From IMG/VR virus record IMGVR_UViG_3300049215_000478, positions 1 through 35,353 of that record: 35,353 nucleotides of DNA; one strand, written 5' to 3'. Below, one piece after another: positions 15,469 to 23,597 of this stretch. This DNA comes from a virus. Position numbers and translations under genes: made by a program. Numbering within the stretch: the stretch's first letter is position 1; each line of letters starts with the position of its first letter. Below the pieces are notes generated by a model. The model was not told where the DNA came from. It worked only from the letters and a program-made list of their open reading frames with translations, and did no database searches.

Positions 15469-17742
15469 TTACTCCAATCTGTAAGAGGTTGGTTGAGCAA
15501 ATATTACTATTGCATGAAGTTGAAAATCTTCTAAAGCTGGACCTGATAAAGATACGGACATATCAGGATTTATTGTTTTGGTTATGTCCATCATCTGTTC
15601 ATCCGACATGGAAAGTAAGAATGATATGCATTCTCCCTGAGCATTAAAGTAAACAGGATGCCAAAGTCTTACAGCACTGACTTCAAGAGGAATGGTTGGG
15701 TATGGGAAAGTATCGAGGGTTTGAGTTCCTATTAACATCCCAGTTCCCATTGGACCTCCAGCAGTAATCATAGAAGTGCCTGAAGTAGATACAAAGAAAT
15801 CTACATTAATTTGACCCACATCAGTCTTATCAACCATGAAATCTATTTTGGAAACCGCTGCATTTCTGCCCTGTTTTAGATAAAAATTATAATCTTTGGT
15901 TTGAATATAGAGATTACTTACTCGCGCTATCAAACCACCACCAGCATAAGTTCCTTGGATTGTTACATTGGAATCAGGATAGACGATAGTAAAAGTATTG
16001 GTTGTAACAGATGTAACTTTAAAAACTTTGTAATTAAGAAGAGTTAAATTATCAGCTGGATCAGTAGACTGAGTGATTCCAGTTAATAAAACAAATTGTC
16101 CTATTCTTAAATTATTATTTATACAGGTAATAGTTATTACATTATTTGCACCCGCACTCATATCGGTTATCTGTAAAACTGCTGCATTGGTGGCAGCTTC
16201 GGCATCTACAATAAATGTATATCCTTCTTGGTTTCCCGCTATAATTTCTAATGCTCGGGATTGAATAAATCCACTATCCCAGCTAACTGGATCATCCCAA
16301 GTAATAACTTGTGAATCCCATGTTATACCAACAGATGGTTGGTAATATCCAAATGCAGTAATCGAATCTTCATTAAATGCCCAGCTTCCTGTTTTATAGT
16401 TATAAACCAATACTCGGCTAGGGAATTTGAAATCAGCAGTTGCATCGGTTCCAGGAAAAGTCCAATATACCATTTCCACATTATAATCACGGATACCATA
16501 AACTCTAAAAATACCATCATCTGAGTTATGGATATCAAATACAGTGTCGGGGATAAGTTGGTCTATACGATCAACATTTACCCCTGAACAGGCATGAATA
16601 CCCACATTTCCAATTCCTATGGCTACTTTATCGAATGGGACAATAGAGAACGTGGATTCTGCTCCAAGCTCTGTATTAATTTGTTGCCAAGTAAATGGAT
16701 AGGCTTGGTTACCCGTATAAACCAGTTCCCAAGTAGAACGTTCAAAATAAACTATTAATCTATCTTTAACGAATTCAGCAGTTACAATTGCTTCTGTAGT
16801 AGCACAATCTATAGCGTTACCTCTTCCAGGAATATCTTGTCTCCAAGCTTGTGTATCTAGAGGAGATCCTACTTGACTATATCTGGCTCGGTTTGGGTAT
16901 TGTGTTCCTGGAGAACCGCTTCCTTCCCAAGTATTCAAAGCAATAAGTCTATTCTTAAAAGGTACAAGGATTCTTGCACTATTCAAAAAATTTGTACCAT
17001 CTATAGGCGGCCTAAAATTATCCCATTTATTATTAAAGAAAGTACGCATGAAATTAGGTTCATTTTCATTAAAATTTGTAACGAAAAAGACCTTATCAGA
17101 AGCATTAGTTCCAGTCCAAGTAGTAGTCCAGAAGAATTCTGAATCAGTACCTGTCCAGATCGAAGCATTAGCCGTCATTTCTCCGCTTAATCTATCCCAT
17201 CCTGAACTATAACCATATGCAAAACTAGTATCAAATCCTATAATAGTCTCATTATTAACATTAATATTCTCAAAGGTTCTAAGTCCCATTACTGGCAAAG
17301 CTGGATAAAAATAAACATCAGTCATTATAAAACTACTTTGAATTACAACATTTCCACTATTATCATAAGTGGCGGCTGCCATTGAACCATCGCTTCTAAG
17401 CATTGTAGTAGATGCTAAAGTATTGACTGTGAATACAGTTGTTCCAATTGAAAATGCTTGTCCTATAGCACGAGCTACAATAACAGCTGGAGTAGAATGC
17501 ATGGGAGTAGTTCCAGTAAAGTTTCCTCCACCATCGGTAGTTCCAATTTTTATCCTAAATCTGGAAAGTAGAGAACTATCTCCAAGCCAAAGCGATCCGA
17601 ATCTTTTTCTTACACGGCCACGGAACACATAAGCATTAGTTAATTGTTGGAATGCTTGTTCAGGGATTGCCCAAGGACGGTAATTTGTTTGTATACCGCT
17701 ATTCGTATCATAAGGCCCTATAAAAAATCGATCCATTGCCAT
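15469..17742 (-). CDS. large tail protein (757 aa), nozzle / tail-tubular-B-like by size and position
   Basis: Largest late ORF, located between head/adaptor genes and internal-virion-like genes. The call rests on synteny, not on a motif. Confidence 0.55.
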   Translation of the reverse strand: MAMDRFFIGPYDTNSGIQTNYRPWAIPEQAFQQLTNAYVFRGRVRKRFGSLWLGDSSLLSRFRIKIGTTDGGGNFTGTTPMHSTPAVIVARAIGQAFSIGTTVFTVNTLASTTMLRSDGSMAAATYDNSGNVVIQSSFIMTDVYFYPALPVMGLRTFENINVNNETIIGFDTSFAYGYSSGWDRLSGEMTANASIWTGTDSEFFWTTTWTGTNASDKVFFVTNFNENEPNFMRTFFNNKWDNFRPPIDGTNFLNSARILVPFKNRLIALNTWEGSGSPGTQYPNRARYSQVGSPLDTQAWRQDIPGRGNAIDCATTEAIVTAEFVKDRLIVYFERSTWELVYTGNQAYPFTWQQINTELGAESTFSIVPFDKVAIGIGNVGIHACSGVNVDRIDQLIPDTVFDIHNSDDGIFRVYGIRDYNVEMVYWTFPGTDATADFKFPSRVLVYNYKTGSWAFNEDSITAFGYYQPSVGITWDSQVITWDDPVSWDSGFIQSRALEIIAGNQEGYTFIVDAEAATNAAVLQITDMSAGANNVITITCINNNLRIGQFVLLTGITQSTDPADNLTLLNYKVFKVTSVTTNTFTIVYPDSNVTIQGTYAGGGLIARVSNLYIQTKDYNFYLKQGRNAAVSKIDFMVDKTDVGQINVDFFVSTSGTSMITAGGPMGTGMLIGTQTLDTFPYPTIPLEVSAVRLWHPVYFNAQGECISFLLSMSDEQMMDITKTINPDMSVSLSGPALEDFQLHAIVIFAQPTSYRLE

Positions 17743-17743
17743 T

Positions 17744-18382
17744 TTATATTCCTATCGCAAACCAAAGAAATGTAGCATTAGTTGTTCCTGGATCTGAAGT
17801 TCTTACACTAAATCCTGTATAACTATAAGTAGTAACAACCATAAAACTAGTAGTAGTACTGCTATTGTTAACTCTAGTAACATTTACTGTTCCTACAAAT
17901 GGATTAGAAAATCCAGGGAAGTTATTTGCACCACCGCTTCCCGTATTCCCATAAACTATACTTGCAGTTTGGCCAGCGCCAGTTGAATTTTGTCCACCTA
18001 TGATTTTTAATCCCGAAGGTAAAAAGGTCCAAAAAGTTGAGCCTGTTACGTTAGATGTATAATTAAATCCTGTGATTGGGAAAGGATTTGCAGTTCCTCT
18101 TGCCATCCAAATATCGGGTATCGAAACTGTAGGAGCACCCAAGCCAGGATTAACTGGTGTAAATGCAGCATTTTGATCGAATAATCCTATTTCATTCATT
18201 AAAAATGTAGGAACGCTGCTTTGAAGAGGAAAAGTAATTTTATTATGTTTACCTTGGCCTGAAACATTGTAATCTACGTGATCTTGAACAAATGCAGTAG
18301 CAATAGTACTAAAGTTATCATTTATTTGATCCCTAGTTTGACCTAATGTTTGACCAGCGAGAGGTACATTATTTAGTGCCAT
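17744..18382 (-). CDS. tail-associated structural protein (212 aa)
   Basis: AAGGAG RBS. N-terminus MALNNVPLAGQTLGQTRDQINDNFSTIATAFVQDH resembles N-termini common in phage tail proteins. Confidence 0.55.
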   Translation of the reverse strand: MALNNVPLAGQTLGQTRDQINDNFSTIATAFVQDHVDYNVSGQGKHNKITFPLQSSVPTFLMNEIGLFDQNAAFTPVNPGLGAPTVSIPDIWMARGTANPFPITGFNYTSNVTGSTFWTFLPSGLKIIGGQNSTGAGQTASIVYGNTGSGGANNFPGFSNPFVGTVNVTRVNNSSTTTSFMVVTTYSYTGFSVRTSDPGTTNATFLWFAIGI

Positions 18383-18391
18383 TCTATCTCC

Positions 18392-19402
18392 TTAGTAAGG
18401 CCATCCACCAGGGCCAAACCAACCAAAACCATAGTTTTTACCCTGCGTATATATTGTAACCGTACGTTCATTAGCTTGAGTACATAAAGTAGCTCTTAGA
18501 ACCAATCGTTCCTGTTCTTTAAATTCAGGTAAAATAAGTTGCACTGAATCTAAATCCATTTGATCTTCAAATCTTTTTTTAGCAGCTCCATATGCAATAT
18601 ACTGCCACCATTGTTCTATTTGAGGTACATCGGCACTATTAATAAGTTCAGTAGGCCGAATATCGGCTTCAAATTGAATAGAATAAACTTTGTCTGGAAC
18701 AGGTCGTATAGTGAATTTATTATCATAAAACAGAACCGCTAGTGGTTTACCTGGTTGATATGAAATATTTTCTACGTAAATAATAGCAAGTGGCTGTGTA
18801 GCATTTGGAAAATTAAGGGTAAATGCTCCTGTAATATAATTTATTTGGCCGTAAGGTGAAGGAAGGGTTTGTGGTTGGTTAGGTAAACCTAATGCTCCAG
18901 TAGTATTAGAAACAGGATAATCCACAATAATCATTGCTTCGCCTGAATTATCCAAACATGTAAATATCACATTATTTTGAAGCATGGGATGACCTACAAC
19001 AGTCCCAGTAAATGTGCCAGTCGTATTATCACCTCTAAGATTCGTATCTGCAATTGTATTAGTTTGGGGATAATATCCGTAGAAGACTTCACGCCATTGA
19101 GTATAAAAACCTTGTATACCAGCCAAAAAAACAGGGGCATGTACAGCTGCATATCTATTTTTAAAATTGTACAAAGGATCAAGAGGATCAGTTGTATTAG
19201 TTTGATAAACATCAACGTTTGGTTGTGTATAAAAGGTAAGTAATGTTCGAAGTGGAAAAAGTCTTAATTGTTCTGGAAAATCATACAAAATAAACGTATT
19301 AATATATTGATCGAGTTCAGCATCGGTCATTTGCGAATCAGAAGGAGTTCGCGTTAATCGACGAACCTTGTCTCTTATCGCTTGCAGAGTGGAATTAGCC
19401 AT
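18392..19402 (-). CDS. structural protein (336 aa), possible head-tail adaptor
   Basis: Position in the late operon; N-terminus STLQAIRDKVRRLTRTPSDSQMTDAELDQYIN. Confidence 0.45.
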   Translation of the reverse strand: MANSTLQAIRDKVRRLTRTPSDSQMTDAELDQYINTFILYDFPEQLRLFPLRTLLTFYTQPNVDVYQTNTTDPLDPLYNFKNRYAAVHAPVFLAGIQGFYTQWREVFYGYYPQTNTIADTNLRGDNTTGTFTGTVVGHPMLQNNVIFTCLDNSGEAMIIVDYPVSNTTGALGLPNQPQTLPSPYGQINYITGAFTLNFPNATQPLAIIYVENISYQPGKPLAVLFYDNKFTIRPVPDKVYSIQFEADIRPTELINSADVPQIEQWWQYIAYGAAKKRFEDQMDLDSVQLILPEFKEQERLVLRATLCTQANERTVTIYTQGKNYGFGWFGPGGWPY

Positions 19403-19442
19403 TACTTACCTTTCACTTTTTTTTCTACTTTACCACTACTTA

Positions 19443-19841
19443 TTATGGATAAGGAAGAACATTTTGAGTCGCCATTGTCAAAATATCGTTTACTTCTCCT
19501 ACAGGCACAACTTGAGCTGGTGTACCATAGTTTCCAGGATTTCTTGGAGGTATGGCAAACGCATCAAAATTTGTTGTATCAATAGGCATAGTAAACTGAG
19601 TATCATTAACGACCGTGATAGGTCCTTCTAATTGATTAGCTTGTGTCATTCCAAATCCATTGGGAATTATTAATCTAACAGTTAATCCAGTTGAATATTG
19701 ATGATCTCCTGGATTAATCCCATCAAAAGTAGTAGTAATCAATGCCTGTTCAGCTTGAGTAATTGATAAAATGTTACGCATTGCCCGCTGAAAGGTTGGA
19801 AACTGTACTGCATAATAATTTTGGGTATTTGGAGTTGTCAT
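19443..19841 (-). CDS. small structural protein with a beta-barrel domain shared with 20414..21418
   Basis: GLTVRLIIPNGFGMTQANQLEGPITVVNDTQFTMPIDTTNFDAF...PAQVVPVGE parallels the C-terminal half of the 334-aa protein. Confidence 0.65.
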   Translation of the reverse strand: MTTPNTQNYYAVQFPTFQRAMRNILSITQAEQALITTTFDGINPGDHQYSTGLTVRLIIPNGFGMTQANQLEGPITVVNDTQFTMPIDTTNFDAFAIPPRNPGNYGTPAQVVPVGEVNDILTMATQNVLPYP

Positions 19842-19848
19842 AGCTTCC

Positions 19849-20358
19849 TTATGGAGTCATGGTCACTTCAACAATATCAGCAGGTCTCATATCGCCTTCA
19901 TCATCCATAAAATCTAATGAATGGAACGCATATCTATGAATTTTTCTCGCTGCTTGCATGTTATAATGCCTTAGTTTTCCATCTTTACTAGCAAGACGTG
20001 GATCAGCAGCTCCCATTCTCATGCCTTGTTCACCAAATTCGCCTCTCATATGCTGATATTCTTTGTAATAGCAGTTATTATTTAGATGACGAGCCACTCC
20101 TCTTGGAATTGTATAACGTTCACCATCACAAAGTTCATAAAATTGCATATCTTCGCCAGGATAAATTTTGTAACTAAATGATACACAACCTTTTCCACCA
20201 GCAGATGCCCTACATTCCAAATTTTGGAAAACTCCAGTTACCTTTTCTGAATCATAATCCTTCAAGTTTCGTACATAACGTTCGAATTCTTCTTTACTTA
20301 TTTTCTTGGGATTAATTTGTTGGGTTGGGTTTGGTTTTTTTGTTTCAGTCTTACTCAT
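19849..20358 (-). CDS. structural/hypothetical protein (169 aa from ATG 20358)
   Basis: AAGGAA RBS before the ATG at 20358. The track's N-terminal extension is encoded by the hairpin ATGGAGAG-n14-CTCTCCAT (20371..20400). Confidence 0.6.
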   Translation of the reverse strand: MSKTETKKPNPTQQINPKKISKEEFERYVRNLKDYDSEKVTGVFQNLECRASAGGKGCVSFSYKIYPGEDMQFYELCDGERYTIPRGVARHLNNNCYYKEYQHMRGEFGEQGMRMGAADPRLASKDGKLRHYNMQAARKIHRYAFHSLDFMDDEGDMRPADIVEVTMTP

Positions 20359-20413
20359 AATATTCCTTTTTTTAAGATGGAGAGCAGAAATAACTCCACT
20401 CTCCATAATATCT

Positions 20414-21418
20414 TTAAACGTTAAATGATTTACCAGCTACCCAGTCAATAACATCGTTTGTAACACCAGCAGGTGAACCTGTACCTGCTTGAAGTTGGAT
20501 TCCAAAGAATCCTGTGTTAACAGTAGAATCGCCAAGTATATTAGCGCCATTATTAAGAGCTGTAGCAGTGCTTTCACCAATAGGTACAACTTGAGCTGGA
20601 GTAAATCCAGGATCAGTTGTAAGAGGGAAAGCAAATGCAGTAAATCCTGATGTATCAATATCAACTGTAATTGTATTGGTTACACCATCGGCATCGGCTT
20701 GGTTGATAGCTACAATGTTGCCACTTAAACCATCAAGCTGAGTCATACCGAAAGCAACGGAAGATACGGTTGGAATAACGAATCTTACGTTTTGACCTAC
20801 AGTGAATTGATGTGTAACAGAAAGAGTCACAATAGCTTGAGTAGCTTGTGAAATCTTTGTAATTGTTCTTACAGGAGGATAGAACAATGGATTATAAGGA
20901 ATTCTTCTAAATGTACCTGCACCTGGGTTAGCATTCGCAATTTGAGCCATATACGCTAAAGTAAAACTTACACCAGCGCTTAAAGCACCTATTGTGAAAT
21001 CTAAACCACCAAGTTGAAGAGCACCAACAGTTGAGAATATACGAACTATATCTCCATTATTTAATGAAGAAGTATTAGCTGTATTAACAACTGGAGGGTT
21101 ACCGTTAGTTATTCCGCTAAGAGATAATGAAGGTCCAGGAATGTTAACGGAAGTATCAATTAAATAAAATCCTGAATTAGCAGCAATTTGGCCTACCTGC
21201 AAAGCATTTGTGGCAGCGGTTTTGGTATAAATTGTACCTCTACCTTGCGTCATACCTCTTTGCCAATAGAATTCTGCACCTGTACCAGCGCCTGCGGCAT
21301 AAGAAACCGTACGGTTCTTAACCCACATCCAATCAACACCACTAGGAAGTTGAATTTGTTGTGCTGCGCCTGTTGAAGTAAATGTACCTTGATTGGTACC
21401 GCTAAAAACAACGCTCAT
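20414..21418 (-). CDS. abundant-looking head-associated protein (334 aa), possible decoration or second capsid component
   Basis: Lies immediately downstream of the capsid gene with a strong AAGGAG RBS. C-terminal domain: THQFTVGQNVRFVIPTVSSVAFGMTQLDGLSGNIVAIN...ITVDIDTSGFTAF. Confidence 0.6.
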   Translation of the reverse strand: MSVVFSGTNQGTFTSTGAAQQIQLPSGVDWMWVKNRTVSYAAGAGTGAEFYWQRGMTQGRGTIYTKTAATNALQVGQIAANSGFYLIDTSVNIPGPSLSLSGITNGNPPVVNTANTSSLNNGDIVRIFSTVGALQLGGLDFTIGALSAGVSFTLAYMAQIANANPGAGTFRRIPYNPLFYPPVRTITKISQATQAIVTLSVTHQFTVGQNVRFVIPTVSSVAFGMTQLDGLSGNIVAINQADADGVTNTITVDIDTSGFTAFAFPLTTDPGFTPAQVVPIGESTATALNNGANILGDSTVNTGFFGIQLQAGTGSPAGVTNDVIDWVAGKSFNV

Positions 21419-21427
21419 GTATTCTCC

Positions 21428-22063
21428 TTATCTTAGGGTTGCACGCATATTTGTGATCCATAAATCATTTAACACACGTGGAGTTTCTGCAAAAACATAA
21501 CCTATTGTTACGTTTTGAAATAATGGATCAGAGAATACTGGAGGACGATATAAGAAACGTGCAGAATAGTTATCTTGTTCAACACATGCTAGAGCTTCCA
21601 TACCTTGTACGAAGATATTGAATACATCGTTTCCTAGTAATGAAGCATTCGGAGTTACGCTGCCCACGCTGGAAAGCATGAATCTAACGTTATTGCATGA
21701 ACCCCACTCACTTCTCAAAACTCTATTATCATTAGGATAATTCCATTTGGATATGAATCCATTAATGTTATTCAAATCCTTAGATAATCTAGTATGACCT
21801 AAAGCTAGGTAAGCATCACGGACTGGACCTGTACCGAATTTGTCTTCACCACCGATGGTATCAAGTATCATCCAAGCATCATTTGTTAATAATGCAGATG
21901 TTACGTTATCTATATCGGAAAGTGAAAGATCCGTTGGTATATCACCGTTATTTCCACCCGTACAATTGTAGATCGAAGCTGTCGAAGCTAGCATATCACG
22001 AGTTAGTTGGTCTTCAGTCATTCGAAGTGAAAGACCTAAAAGCTCAGCTGTTTCATTTAATAC
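21428..22063 (-). CDS. major capsid protein, exon 2 (211 codons)
   Basis: Starts VLNETAELLGLSLRMTEDQLTRDML, the segment that follows the exon 1 end in intact HK97-fold/N4-gp56-like capsid proteins. The track's M is a TTG belonging to the insert. Confidence 0.8.
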   Translation of the reverse strand, partial: VLNETAELLGLSLRMTEDQLTRDMLASTASIYNCTGGNNGDIPTDLSLSDIDNVTSALLTNDAWMILDTIGGEDKFGTGPVRDAYLALGHTRLSKDLNNINGFISKWNYPNDNRVLRSEWGSCNNVRFMLSSVGSVTPNASLLGNDVFNIFVQGMEALACVEQDNYSARFLYRPPVFSDPLFQNVTIGYVFAETPRVLNDLWITNMRATLR

Positions 22064-22458
22064 CAATCTGTTACTTTTATGACCTATTTCTAGGCGGGGA
22101 AGCCTATTGCACTTCCCTCATTGTGTTTCCACAATGTTCAGAGCACCGAATCTCACATTGCCGTGAGTCTTCTCGCTTGCTACGTTCAGGCTGACTAGGG
22201 TAAAAAGCTATCCATTCTTTAGTTTTTATATCTCTCATCCAGATGATATTTTCATTTATATTAATCCAACATACCCATTCAGATATATTAGTATCATCTT
22301 TTGTAGGATTTCGATTCGATAAAATATTGCCTTCCATAATTTCTTTTTTAATGTATTCGCTTTTTTTAAACCACATATCTTGCCCCTTGTTACCTTCAAC
22401 TTAATGGTTAGGCTTCCAAGTCTATCAGAGAAGATTTATAGACCCCATATTTTTGTTT
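22064..22458 (-). mobile_element. Putative group I self-splicing intron interrupting the major capsid gene
   Basis: Exon 1 ends in U. GACCCU (22464..22459) pairs with GGGGUC (22446..22441), forming P1 with a U.G wobble. The insert ends in G (22064). Removal joins CCU|GUA in frame. GNRA-capped helices lie at 22119..22136 and 22083..22094. Confidence 0.75.
22104..22376 (-). CDS. intron-borne ORF (90 aa), function unknown
   Basis: AAGGGG RBS 6 nt before the ATG. It sits in the AU-rich middle of the insert and its 3' end runs into the structured core. No GIY-YIG, HNH, LAGLIDADG or His-Cys box motif is visible. Confidence 0.5.
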   Translation of the reverse strand: MWFKKSEYIKKEIMEGNILSNRNPTKDDTNISEWVCWININENIIWMRDIKTKEWIAFYPSQPERSKREDSRQCEIRCSEHCGNTMREVQ

Positions 22459-22767
22459 AGGGTCTTGGTTTTGAAGGGTTACTTGTTGGTTTATAGCTAC
22501 ATAGAGTCCATAAAAGGACATTGTAGCGTCTATATCAACACGATTAAGCGGAGTTGCAGGAGGAGTTGCTCCTGAAGGCCCTAATGGAACTGGTGCTGTT
22601 GGCAATCTGTCATAACGGGCCATTCTTAAAGTTCGACCGCCCTTGGCTGGAAGACGTTTTGGCAATGCGCCTAGCTTATGAATCAAGTTAGGAGTTCTAA
22701 CTGATAAAAGCACATCATCAAAAGTTTGTTGCACAGGGGCAGGTAACGTTGTAGGTGTAGTTATCAT
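22459..22767 (-). CDS. major capsid protein, exon 1 (103 codons)
   Basis: GGGAG RBS 7 nt before the ATG at 22767. MITTPTTLPAPVQQTFDDVLLSVRTPNLIHKLGALPKRLPAKGGRTLRMARYDRL...TLQNQDP matches the N-terminus of N4-gp56-type capsid proteins. Confidence 0.8.
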
Positions 22768-22966
22768 ACACGTACTCCCAAAAATACAAACAATTAATAA
22801 TTTGAACACTGTGAGCTAGGCGAACACTCATACAGCCTATGAGCTGGCGATGGCTCAATACAGCCTTGGGGTGACGAGTCCCATACAGTCGAATTTTTTG
22901 AGATGGTGAATCTCGATACAACCAAAAAAAGTATATTAAGGGAAAGTCGTAAGAAGCAAGAAATAA

Positions 22967-23272
22967 TTAGAGAGATTAAGTAAAGATGAATTATATCGCC
23001 TCTACGTTACTTCATCCAAAGAAGATGGTGAAAATGACCGACAAATTCTAGTAAAAGAATTATTTAGCAAACGACTTAAATATTTAATTCCTTCTAGCAA
23101 TATAGATGGTCGTCAACGCAACGATAAAAAACAACTTAGAGTATATATACTGCCTCCAATTGAAGTAGCCAGAAAAGAATTCTGCAAATCTTATAGATGC
23201 AATTATGAATTGTTATTTGGGACAAACAAAGCAAATGATGAGTCAAGTGAGACGGACCATGAGTCAAGTTAG
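22967..23272 (+). pseudogene. Start-less 101-codon frame resembling the C-terminal tail of P4/D5/VapE-type primase-helicases
   Basis: Open from the TAA at 22964 to the TAG at 23270 with no ATG/GTG. Translates to ...DELYRLYVTSSKEDGEND..LVKELFSKRLKYL...GRQRNDKKQLRVYILPPIEVARKEFCKSY.... Recognition is from memory only. Confidence 0.3.
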
Positions 23273-23505
23273 TATATTTTACAAAACATGCACGTAGAGC
23301 TAGATGTTCCGAGTGAGCCAGGTGAGACATGGTTAGTTAAAGTTTTATTTTTGTTATAGCTATTATTGAGAGACGTAACAAATATAATTTTATTTTAATT
23401 TTTTTAACACGACTCACTCAACTCACTTGGAACAAGACGCTACTAATCGTGGTTTTCAAATATAAACACCTTGACTCGCAACTTAACTCACCCGACTCAC
23501 TTATA
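23237..23505. repeat. Long imperfect inverted repeat (arms about 95-100 bp) around an AT-rich core
   Basis: GTTCCGAGTGAGCCAGGTGAGAC (23306..23328) matches the reverse complement of 23411..23433 at 17/23. GAGTCAAGTTAGTATATTT (23261..23279) matches the reverse complement of 23458..23479. The core 23341..23405 is about 80 percent AT. Confidence 0.7.
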
Positions 23506-23561
23506 TTTTGTACAGTTAAATTATTGATAGAAAGCGAAGTTCGGAATTTTATAGATAGGAG

Positions 23562-23597
23562 AGGGCCATAAAAGAGCTACACAAAAAAAATGGCCCT
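23562..23597 (-). terminator. Hairpin after the scaffold gene
   Basis: AGGGCCAT / ATGGCCCT form an 8-bp stem with a T-rich loop on the minus strand, 19 nt after the stop at 23616. Confidence 0.45.

Noticed and set aside
16323-19631. Multiple 60-90 aa ORFs on either strand inside the large tail and structural genes (for example 16323..16538, 16339..16524, 18994..19215, 19368..19631)
   Set aside because: They are fully nested in longer, better-supported ORFs, have no RBS, and show biased low-complexity composition.
20371-20406. Upstream start at 20406 for the 185-aa track ORF
   Set aside because: The extension is encoded by the stem-loop ATGGAGAG...CTCTCCAT that follows the previous gene. The ATG at 20358 has the RBS.
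22408-22458. C-terminal 16 codons (KQKYGVYKSSLIDLEA) of the track ORF 22408..22809, and its N-terminal extension 22768..22809
   Set aside because: The tail is read-through into the intron and bears no resemblance to capsid proteins. The N-terminal 14 codons precede the GGGAG RBS that serves the ATG at 22767.
22064-22458. Intein, or two independent capsid half-genes, as an explanation for the split capsid gene
   Set aside because: The insert has in-frame stops and is not a continuous ORF with the exons, so it is not an intein. The downstream half has no ATG or RBS of its own, and the P1 pairing, terminal G and in-frame junction fit an RNA intron better.
22718-23330. Minus-strand ORFs 22718..22921 (67 aa) and 23136..23330 (64 aa) in the gene desert
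   Set aside because: They have no RBS, an odd His/Leu/Cys-rich composition, and overlap the palindrome and leader repeats. They are most likely chance frames.
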